From IMG/VR virus record IMGVR_UViG_3300030085_002462: a stretch of DNA of 64,000 nt. The stretch is one strand, 5' to 3'. The stretch is from a virus. Positions 1 through 7,590 of this stretch are shown one piece after another. Within the stretch, counting starts at the first letter, position 1. Each line of letters begins with the position of its first letter. The translations under genes were made by a program, and so were the position numbers. The notes beneath the pieces were generated by a model. It had not been told where the DNA came from and made no database searches. It worked only from the letters and a program-made list of their open reading frames with translations.

Positions 1-1
1 G

Positions 2-199
2 AGAGCTGAAGAAATTCAGGCATACCAACAGGCAAGCAGTCAAGCAATCGGTGCAGTGCAGAAACAAGGTGCAGCTGCAGGTGACACAGAGGTCCTTAGT
101 TTCCTACCTGGTAAGGATAAATATGACGTAGATGATTTCTTCCAGCCTAAGTTTGGGTTGGTTGCTGATTCCAATACGGAAGCGTTTAACTTGATGTAA
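2..199 (+). CDS. 3' end of an upstream gene (partial), probably a virion/baseplate protein
   Basis: Open frame RAEEIQAYQQ...AFNLM* ends at TAA 197-199, 1 nt before the next ATG; product inferred from context only. Confidence 0.6.
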   Translation, partial: RAEEIQAYQQASSQAIGAVQKQGAAAGDTEVLSFLPGKDKYDVDDFFQPKFGLVADSNTEAFNLM

Positions 200-200
200 T

Positions 201-1604
201 ATGGCAGAGAGAAAGTCAAAACAGTATAAACTCAACGAGCTAAGCATCGAGATTCAGCCCGAGATCGATCCTAAGGAAAAGATTGATGCCAAGGCACGCC
301 AAAAGGGTGAGAGAGTCTTTGATATGGCAGCTATTGTAGCGTCATTTAAGTATGTTGAATCTATTGAATCACCTTTCCTAAGATGTGATATCACTGTTGT
401 GGATGCTACTGACTTCAACAAAATGTTGAGAGGTGGTGAGACTGTTAGTATTAACTTGGTAACAGATTCATCCAAGGATTCTCCACTAAACATTAAGCTC
501 AGAGTGTATAAGATTGGCTCAGTGATCAAGCGTGAGAGAGCTCAGATGTTTGTTTTGCACTGTGTGTCACCTGAGGCATATAACAACGAGTTAAACAAGG
601 TATTCAATGCATTTGGTCCTGGTGAAGGATCTAAGAATGTAGACAATATCCCTAGACATATTGTCAAGAAGTATCTCAAAGCAGATAACAAGAAGGCTCG
701 GGAGAAAAACTTCGAGGCACATAGTAAGCTGAGCTTTATCAGCCCAAACTGGAGACCTACTGACTGTATCGCATACATCGGTGACAAAGTAACCAGACAG
801 AATGGTAAAGGTAATGTATCCACAGCTCAGTCTGGATATATGTTTTTTGAAAATAAAGATGGATTCCAATTTAGATCCATCGATGGTATGTGTGAAGGTG
901 CTCTGATGGAAGACAGAGATAAGTTTAAGTATACTTACACACAGCAAGGTGTAGAGGGGACAAGCGGTTTCTATAACATTGAGACAGTGCAATTCCCTGA
1001 TAAGGCAAACCATATCGAGAAGATGAGGTATGGTGCATACAAATCTCTAGCGATTGGTATCTCCATTCCTAAGCCCACAGACAGCTCAATGACACAGACA
1101 GGTGCTACTTCTGATAAGAAGAGCTCACCTGCTGGGACAATCTCTGGACCTAGAGAAATGAAATTTGGTGATCTATTCAAGAGAGCTAGCACCCTTGAAA
1201 AAGAGCCACCATATAAAGTTGGTAAGATGATGGAAGCATCACCAACCAGAAATAAGATCAGAATTGTGCCTGCATTTAAGAATCAAGCAGGGTTAGGAGA
1301 TGCTAACAACGGCACCACCACCCATATAGATACATTAAATGTTGCAGAATATGCAGCGGCTCGCTACAATCTACTTAAAGCAATCAAATTGGAGGTTGAA
1401 GTACCTGGCAATACTGGACTAGGGGCGGGGCATATTATACAGGTCGCAATCCCTGCCGCTAAGCAAGAAGGTAAGACCGTTAAAGAGGACCTGATCTACA
1501 GTGGTCATTATCTAATTGCATCATTACAACATATCTACCGAAAGGAAGGTATTACAACTAAGATGACCTTACTAAGGGATTCTATCAAAAAACAAAACTA
1601 CTAA
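201..1604 (+). CDS. Baseplate hub protein, T4 gp27 / phage GPD-like
   Basis: 467 aa; YVESIESPFLRCDITVVD and GYMFFENKDGFQFRSID, plus C-terminal LEVEVPGNTGLGAGHIIQV...YSGHYLIASLQH, are typical of gp27/GPD-like hubs; lies upstream of gp5. Confidence 0.7.
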   Translation: MAERKSKQYKLNELSIEIQPEIDPKEKIDAKARQKGERVFDMAAIVASFKYVESIESPFLRCDITVVDATDFNKMLRGGETVSINLVTDSSKDSPLNIKLRVYKIGSVIKRERAQMFVLHCVSPEAYNNELNKVFNAFGPGEGSKNVDNIPRHIVKKYLKADNKKAREKNFEAHSKLSFISPNWRPTDCIAYIGDKVTRQNGKGNVSTAQSGYMFFENKDGFQFRSIDGMCEGALMEDRDKFKYTYTQQGVEGTSGFYNIETVQFPDKANHIEKMRYGAYKSLAIGISIPKPTDSSMTQTGATSDKKSSPAGTISGPREMKFGDLFKRASTLEKEPPYKVGKMMEASPTRNKIRIVPAFKNQAGLGDANNGTTTHIDTLNVAEYAAARYNLLKAIKLEVEVPGNTGLGAGHIIQVAIPAAKQEGKTVKEDLIYSGHYLIASLQHIYRKEGITTKMTLLRDSIKKQNY

Positions 1605-1625
1605 TCCTATACGCTTCTAACAACA

Positions 1626-1853
1626 ATGGAAAATATCGAAGCACATATCCAGAAGGATAAAGAAATTCTGGACAATCCTAACACAAATCCTCAAATGCGT
1701 CGTCACATCGAAAGCGAATTGCATGATCTAGAGGATTATGTTGAGCACCACAAGAAAGAAATCGAAGCAGGAGATCATCACGATCCCACATATCTCGAGC
1801 TTTATTGCGATCAATTCCCATCAGAGCCTGAGTGCCTAGTATATGAAGACTAA
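1626..1853 (+). CDS. cp12: CP12 (Calvin-cycle inhibitor), cyanophage type
   Basis: 75 aa acidic protein ending LELYCDQFPSEPECLVYED (C-terminal C-x8-C pair); no N-terminal Cys pair, as in picocyanobacterial/phage CP12. Confidence 0.92.
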   Translation: MENIEAHIQKDKEILDNPNTNPQMRRHIESELHDLEDYVEHHKKEIEAGDHHDPTYLELYCDQFPSEPECLVYED

Positions 1854-1865
1854 AAAGTGATACAT

Positions 1866-1893
1866 AAAGGGGGGTTGACAAACCTCCTTTTTT
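1866..1893 (+). terminator. Intrinsic terminator after cp12
   Basis: AAAGGGGGGTT-GACA-AACCTCCTTT hairpin followed by a T run. Confidence 0.75.
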
Positions 1894-1904
1894 ATTATTA
1901 TAAT
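1875..1904 (+). promoter_or_regulatory. Host sigma70-type promoter for cpeT
   Basis: TTGACA 1875-1880, 18-nt spacer, TATAAT 1899-1904. Confidence 0.75.
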
Positions 1905-1920
1905 TAACCATGAAAGGGTT

Positions 1921-2388
1921 ATGAGGAACTTTGAAGAGCTTATATTGGGGCATTGGTTAAATAAACATCAAGCATTCAGTAACCCGAGGACTTGGCCAAT
2001 GATTCACCTTAGATACACTAAGGTAGAAGATGGCGTCCTAGAATTCAAATCATGGTATAATTATTTGAATGATTCACAACCATATCGTCATAACTATTTC
2101 TTCTGGAGATATGAGACTGATGGTTTGGTAAGAGTAGAATCAGTAAACCTATTAGATCCTGAAAAGAAATATGGTTGTCCCTATTGTATTGTATGGGATG
2201 GCGAATACTGGACAGGTAAACCTGACGGTCCTTGTGTCTCTAGAGGACTTGAAGTAGAAAGCACAATGAAATTCAATGATTACGAGTACTTTGCCCGTGA
2301 TGCTGGTAGAAAAGTTGATACTGGTGAATTAGTTTGGGGTAAGGAAGGAGATAAAGGAGAATTTCATTTCAAGAGAGTGACTAAATAA
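1921..2388 (+). CDS. cpeT: T-type phycobiliprotein lyase (CpeT/CpcT-like)
   Basis: 155 aa; GHWLNKHQAFSNPRTWPMIHLRY, PYR and D.G...TGELVWG match T-type bilin lyases. Confidence 0.88.
   Translation: MRNFEELILGHWLNKHQAFSNPRTWPMIHLRYTKVEDGVLEFKSWYNYLNDSQPYRHNYFFWRYETDGLVRVESVNLLDPEKKYGCPYCIVWDGEYWTGKPDGPCVSRGLEVESTMKFNDYEYFARDAGRKVDTGELVWGKEGDKGEFHFKRVTK
2381..2387 (+). promoter_or_regulatory. T4-type late promoter for gp5
   Basis: CTAAATA 18 nt upstream of the gp5 ATG. Confidence 0.6.
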
Positions 2389-2405
2389 AAGAAACCCTTT
2401 ATAAG

Positions 2406-5084
2406 ATGCAACAACGCTCAGATTTTGCTGGCAAGGATGGTTACACTTGGTGGGTAGGAGAGGTCGAGAATGTCGATGATCCTGCTGGGTTGGGTCGTGT
2501 CAAGGTAAGAATCCTTGGATGGTATACTGGTCACCAAACTAAGGAAGACTATACTAAGACTGTCCCTACATCTACATTGCCATGGGCAACTGTATTGCTC
2601 CCTACAGACAAAGCACAAGTAAAAAACGCAGGTACTGGCACTGAATTGCAGTCTGGTGCGTGGGTCCTTGGTTTCTTCCTTGATGGTGAAGAAGCACAAC
2701 TCCCTTGTGTCATGGGTGCACTTCGTGGTTTCCAAACCAAGGCAGACGATAAGCGGACAACTGTTGCAGATGGCACACAGGCAGAGAAGCGTGCTGTCAA
2801 CCCTAACCAGGCAGCAATGGATGGCACAGAGGTTAACTCTGGATCTCCACTGGTTAAGATTCAGTCTGAGCAACCTTCTGATGTAAATGGTGGACAGGAA
2901 GAATCCCGTGGCACGGGTATCTCCACTGCTGAGCAAACTACTGAGGGTAACGCAGTTAGTAACCCAATCAAACCTCCTACACAAGCACAGAGTATTGCTG
3001 ATGGTGCGGTTGGTCCTGCTGGTGATGGTTTTGAAAAAGATATGACTCGTATGCTCACTGAGTTGGGCACGATGGCATCATCTTTGGCAACTAATCCTTC
3101 TGGCACATTCGTGTCAATGATCACAGGTAAATCTGTGTCTGGTGATAAGATGCTGGAGCACCTAGGTAAGATCTTTAACTTTATCTCAGGTGGTCTGTCT
3201 GGTATCCTTGCACCACTAAAAGAATTCTTGGCAGAAGTTATTGCTAAGGTTGTCAATCAGATCGTGAAGATCGTCTCCAAGTTTATCCCACTGGCAGTGC
3301 TGATGGGTATCATGGATCTGCTACAGACAATCCTAGATCTCTTCTGTATCACTCCACCTGGTTGGTTAGGACTGGTGCAAAGTGCGCTAGGGGATGTGAG
3401 TGGGTTTGCCAATAGTATGGCAAATATGATTGTTGACAAGGTTGTGCAGTCCAGCATCGGTCAACTCATTCAAAACAAAGTCCAAGGTATTACTGATCGT
3501 ATCCTTGGTGGTATTAAATCAGCAACTGAAAAGGTAGGACAGATTGCATCCACTGTCGTAAAAGGTATTAATACTGCAAAAGCACTAGCATCTAAAGCAA
3601 GGCAGATTGGTGATACTTTGCAGCAGATCTTCTCCATTGATTTTACTTCACTTGACTGGGGTGATCTTATTGGTTTCATTAAGATGCTGCTGGGTCTATT
3701 TGTTAAGAAAGACTGCGGGAGGAAAATTAAACGACCGAAGTCGAAACAGTGGTTCCCATTGTTGGGGTCCACTGATTGTGATAATCTAAGCACATTCATC
3801 CAGTCCACACCTTATGCTAGTGTGGCAGATTACTCTGGTGATACCAGTGGTAAATCATATATTAATAGTCTATTTGAAGGAATTGATCCTACACTAATGG
3901 CAGTGCAGGGTTGGTTGAATGGCACCAAGCACATCGAAGATGCAACGCCTGGTAAATTCAAATCAATCGTGCAAGGTCCTGGTGGTGTTACTAAATTCCA
4001 AGACTCATATGGTAATGAGCACACCAATGTCCCTAACAATGAAACAAAGATCATTGCAAGAGACCAGTGCACAGATGTTAAAGGTAATAAGTGTGTCACC
4101 ATTGAAGGTGACTATAACTTGAAAGTCATGGGTAACTTCAACCTTGAGGTTATCGGTGCATTCAATGAAAACATGAGTAATGGTCCTCAAGCAGAGGCAT
4201 CTGGATCATCTAAGAAACCACCTAACGATAAAGAGAAAACCAGTGGTGGTGGCGTTAGCACTGGACAACCTGATAAGGATGCTCAAGCACAAGAGGATGC
4301 AATCCTTAAGGGTGTTAAGAAAGAAGAGCGTAAACTTGACAAACTAGAGAAAGACCAAGACAACAAAGCAGACTTCTCTTATGCAAGGCAAGTGCCTTGG
4401 GATGGTTATGACTATCCTCGTGTGCCTGGTGCTGACAAATATGGTCGTCACCCCAATGGTGCTCAACTGAAAGGTCAGGTGCAGGACAAGAAAGAGCAGA
4501 AATCTGCAGAGGTTATCGCTGGTGATCACAACGTTGCATACACTGGTGATGTTTCCATCCAAGGTAACAAGGTCAAACTGACTGCTATTTCCAACTTCAA
4601 CATCAACGGATCTACAATCAGACTGGAAGGTAATACCATTCAGAATGTTGCTGATGGTGAGATTACTAACGAAGCAAACTGGATTTCATCCTTCTTGAAT
4701 GCTGGTAGGTTTGAATTTGTTGGTCTGTTTAATGTATTTCCTGGTCTTATTGGTCAATTCAGTGTTGTTAAAGGATCCATTGTAGATATCACATGTGACG
4801 TGCCATTTCCTGGCACTACACCTCCTGTGCATATGAGAATTGGTGTGGGTAACACACTTCCCACTGCTATGGCAGATATTATTCTCGGCACATCTGGTGC
4901 ACACTTTACATTCGTTACCTCAGCAACTGGTGCTATTGGTGAGATTGTATCCTCACCTGGTGGTGCTATTGTTAACCAAGTGACAACTGGTCTTGCATCT
5001 TATGGTGTGGGCACTGGTTTCATGGCAACTGGTTGTGCTGTTGGTCCCCACCAAGTCTATGGCTTGCCATTGCTGCTGAATTGA
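2406..5084 (+). CDS. gp5: Baseplate central spike, T4 gp5-like
   Basis: 892 aa; N-terminal OB fold WWVGEVENVDDPAGLGRVKVRILGWY...LPWATVLLP; beta-helix repeats (VKGNKCVTIEGDYNLKVMGNFNLEV); ends PLLLN. Confidence 0.88.
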   Translation: MQQRSDFAGKDGYTWWVGEVENVDDPAGLGRVKVRILGWYTGHQTKEDYTKTVPTSTLPWATVLLPTDKAQVKNAGTGTELQSGAWVLGFFLDGEEAQLPCVMGALRGFQTKADDKRTTVADGTQAEKRAVNPNQAAMDGTEVNSGSPLVKIQSEQPSDVNGGQEESRGTGISTAEQTTEGNAVSNPIKPPTQAQSIADGAVGPAGDGFEKDMTRMLTELGTMASSLATNPSGTFVSMITGKSVSGDKMLEHLGKIFNFISGGLSGILAPLKEFLAEVIAKVVNQIVKIVSKFIPLAVLMGIMDLLQTILDLFCITPPGWLGLVQSALGDVSGFANSMANMIVDKVVQSSIGQLIQNKVQGITDRILGGIKSATEKVGQIASTVVKGINTAKALASKARQIGDTLQQIFSIDFTSLDWGDLIGFIKMLLGLFVKKDCGRKIKRPKSKQWFPLLGSTDCDNLSTFIQSTPYASVADYSGDTSGKSYINSLFEGIDPTLMAVQGWLNGTKHIEDATPGKFKSIVQGPGGVTKFQDSYGNEHTNVPNNETKIIARDQCTDVKGNKCVTIEGDYNLKVMGNFNLEVIGAFNENMSNGPQAEASGSSKKPPNDKEKTSGGGVSTGQPDKDAQAQEDAILKGVKKEERKLDKLEKDQDNKADFSYARQVPWDGYDYPRVPGADKYGRHPNGAQLKGQVQDKKEQKSAEVIAGDHNVAYTGDVSIQGNKVKLTAISNFNINGSTIRLEGNTIQNVADGEITNEANWISSFLNAGRFEFVGLFNVFPGLIGQFSVVKGSIVDITCDVPFPGTTPPVHMRIGVGNTLPTAMADIILGTSGAHFTFVTSATGAIGEIVSSPGGAIVNQVTTGLASYGVGTGFMATGCAVGPHQVYGLPLLLN

Positions 5085-5115
5085 TGTAGTATGGAAGGGT
5101 CTAAGATCCCTTTCA

Positions 5116-5310
5116 ATGGAAAACGAAACCTACCTGGAACATATTTTTGTCAATTTTACTCAGAGAAAGATCACTATCGTAGACGATGAGGGTTACGATG
5201 AAGTGATTCAGTATCGATTTGATGACGAAGGTGCTGAAGGATTCCATGAAACTATCACATCTTTCAAGAAAAACGTCCCTGACGAACTTATTACTTATTC
5301 CGCTCCATGA
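5116..5310 (+). CDS. Hypothetical small acidic protein
   Basis: 64-aa ORF, tightly packed, ATGA overlap with the next gene. Confidence 0.7.
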   Translation: MENETYLEHIFVNFTQRKITIVDDEGYDEVIQYRFDDEGAEGFHETITSFKKNVPDELITYSAP

Positions 5311-5561
5311 ATATTATTCAATTAACCCAAGAAGAATTTGAGGAGAATGTTGACTTTGCTCTCAAACTGGTAGAGAAAGGACATACTGTAAAGATGAAGA
5401 CTAAACGTGATCGCTCTGTGATGATTGCACCTATTGCAGGATTCGTTGAGCACGATCCTCGTCTTAACATCCCCACTCCAGAAGAAGCAGAAGTAGATTC
5501 CCCAGAAGATATTGCTGCCTATGTGCAGGAATCTCTCGCTGATATGACGAGGGACTTCTAA
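5307..5561 (+). CDS. Hypothetical protein; N-terminus resembles Phd/YefM antitoxins
   Basis: 84 aa; IIQLTQEEFEENVDFALKLVEKGHTVKM...SVMIAP has the Phd-like beta-alpha-alpha-beta-beta pattern; acidic tail. Confidence 0.55.
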   Translation: MNIIQLTQEEFEENVDFALKLVEKGHTVKMKTKRDRSVMIAPIAGFVEHDPRLNIPTPEEAEVDSPEDIAAYVQESLADMTRDF

Positions 5562-6112
5562 TGAAACTCCCAGTATTTGAGATACCAATCTATAAGTATG
5601 AAATTGAAAACTGGGAAGAGAATAAAAAGAGTCTGATAAAAATTCTCCCAGATTTTTTACAGAAGGGAGATTTCACAGATTACTATGATAATCAAATGGC
5701 ATCATTCATGCCTCTGTATGCAAACACGGTGTTTAACCTAATACAGAAGTCAATGGAGGATTTTGCACAGTATTATCCATGTCCTGCCCAGATTGTAAAT
5801 ATGTGGTGTGAGAGATCACGAGCGGGTGACAGACACGAACCACATAATCATGGTGCTACTGGATTCTCTGCTGTATTATATGTGCAGTTTGAAGAGGGTA
5901 AACATAAACCAACTAGATTCTTCTCACCATTCGGAGATCCCGCTAATGGTGATCTCATGCAATACGAACCTGATGTGAAAGAGGGTGATCTCATCATTTT
6001 TCCATCATTCCTAATTCATGAAAGTCAAATGTGTGACACGGATTATGAAAGAATCATAATCTCATTCAATATCATGGGACAGGACCAATATAATATCCTA
6101 CATAGTGTATAA
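5561..6112 (+). CDS. 2OG-Fe(II) oxygenase (TIGR02466-like)
   Basis: HEPHNH (HxH), FSAVLYV, EGDLIIFPSFLIHES, RIIISFNI. Confidence 0.85.
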   Translation: MKLPVFEIPIYKYEIENWEENKKSLIKILPDFLQKGDFTDYYDNQMASFMPLYANTVFNLIQKSMEDFAQYYPCPAQIVNMWCERSRAGDRHEPHNHGATGFSAVLYVQFEEGKHKPTRFFSPFGDPANGDLMQYEPDVKEGDLIIFPSFLIHESQMCDTDYERIIISFNIMGQDQYNILHSV

Positions 6113-6126
6113 CCTGTCAGTTTCGG

Positions 6127-6411
6127 ATGAAGAAAATCAAGATTCTCTCTCATTACGCACATCTTGATGGTTTGGATGGACCAATCGGTATTGTCCAGAT
6201 TTGGACTTTTTCAGGAGTGCCTTTCACATTTGATGAATTGCCACTTCCTGTCCAACAAATGGAAGACGTAGCACTTGACGCAGATACAAGAGAACGCTAT
6301 CATATCGAAGATCTCTACCGATGGTCCGAATATCTGATTGCTGAAGAAGCACATCCACTCCTATTCGATCTGGAGTATATGATCGAGAATTTTGAAGAAT
6401 TGCCAAACTAG
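6127..6411 (+). CDS. Hypothetical protein
   Basis: 94-aa acidic ORF; its last 10 nt overlap the tRNA. Confidence 0.7.
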   Translation: MKKIKILSHYAHLDGLDGPIGIVQIWTFSGVPFTFDELPLPVQQMEDVALDADTRERYHIEDLYRWSEYLIAEEAHPLLFDLEYMIENFEELPN

Positions 6412-6475
6412 CTCAGCTGGATAGAGCAACTGTTTTGTAAACAGTAGGTCAACGGTTCAAGTCCGTTGTTTGGCT
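6402..6475 (+). tRNA. trnT: tRNA-Thr (anticodon UGU), CCA not encoded
   Basis: Acceptor stem GCCAAAC/GTTTGGC; D arm GCTC-AGCTGGATA-GAGC; anticodon arm ACTGT-TTTGTAA-ACAGT; T arm AACGG-TTCAAGT-CCGTT. Confidence 0.95.
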
Positions 6476-6491
6476 TCCGTGTGAAGGAAGT

Positions 6492-6977
6492 ATGATCACT
6501 GTAATCGACAACTACTTACCACCTGAAGTATATGAGCATCTATATGACCATATGGTCAATGATGATCATTTTATGTGGGTATGGTCTAATGGAGTTAATG
6601 CTTATAAAGATGGGCACAAGCAATTTGTGCACACCATTTATAATGAATACAAACCACAGTCGTGGTTTTTTGATCACTTGACTCCAATCTTTGAAAAGTT
6701 GCAAGCAACATCTATTATTAGAGTTAAACTCAATCTACAACCACAAGATGTAGAGAATACTGAGCAGGGTCTACATATTGATAATGAATCTCCTACCGCA
6801 AAAACTGCTATAATCTATTTCGGCACTAATAATGGTTACACCAAATTCGCTGATGGTCAAACTATCGAGACTGTCGCTAATCGTGCAGTTATCTTTCCTA
6901 GCAGTTATCAACATTCTGGTGCTACATGCACAGATGCGTCGGAAAGGATCGTGCTAAATATCAATTATCATGAGTGA
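6492..6977 (+). CDS. 2OG-Fe(II) oxygenase
   Basis: HID (HxD), TAIIYF, NRAVIFPSSYQHSG, RIVLNINY. Confidence 0.85.
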   Translation: MITVIDNYLPPEVYEHLYDHMVNDDHFMWVWSNGVNAYKDGHKQFVHTIYNEYKPQSWFFDHLTPIFEKLQATSIIRVKLNLQPQDVENTEQGLHIDNESPTAKTAIIYFGTNNGYTKFADGQTIETVANRAVIFPSSYQHSGATCTDASERIVLNINYHE

Positions 6978-7566
6978 TATTATTATTGTTGATGATTTTC
7001 TTTGTCCTGCCTATCAACATCTGATCGAGAATTATTTCTTTGGTCCTGCTGTTGAGTGGACAGAGATTGATGACATTGCTATGGGTGACAGTGGTGGACT
7101 TGAGCACCTAGGTAATAAACGTAGAGGGTGGCACCACATTATGTGTGGTCCTAATAAACCATTCCCCGATGGATCCACTCCTGCATTTAACTTAATTGTG
7201 CCCATGGTGCTAGAAGCATTTGATATGTGTGGGTATAGAGTTGATGATATACATGTATCAAGAGCATTCAAAACAGATCCTCACGAGGATCGTCTTGAAT
7301 TTATTCATGTAGATTTACATTCACCACATCATGTTTGTCTATATTATCCACATGATATTGATGGGGACACTATATTTTATGAGGAGAAGTGGCCTGATGT
7401 AACTATGGAAACTCAACCAACAACAGAGTTTCATGAGTTTAGAAGGGTATCTCCAAAGAAAGGCAGAGCAGTGATCTTCGATGGCACACGATTTCACTCG
7501 GCATTTAGGTCCGCTGTCAAAGATCGCGTTGTGATAAATACCAACGCTTTTGTGTCTTATAAATAA
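6970..7566 (+). CDS. 2OG-Fe(II) oxygenase
   Basis: HVD (HxD), CLYYPHDIDGDTIF, PKKGRAVIFDGTRFHSA, RVVINTN. Confidence 0.85.
   Translation: MSDIIIVDDFLCPAYQHLIENYFFGPAVEWTEIDDIAMGDSGGLEHLGNKRRGWHHIMCGPNKPFPDGSTPAFNLIVPMVLEAFDMCGYRVDDIHVSRAFKTDPHEDRLEFIHVDLHSPHHVCLYYPHDIDGDTIFYEEKWPDVTMETQPTTEFHEFRRVSPKKGRAVIFDGTRFHSAFRSAVKDRVVINTNAFVSYK
7558..7565 (+). promoter_or_regulatory. T4-type late promoter
   Basis: Perfect TATAAATA 25 nt upstream of the GTG start at 7591. Confidence 0.8.
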
Positions 7567-7590
7567 AACTGTATGAAACGCTAGGATAAC

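Noticed and set aside
1850-1870. Ninth copy of the early palindromic element before cpeT
   Set aside because: Only a partial half-site (GTGATAC), and its distance to TATAAT is 35 nt, outside the 29-32 range
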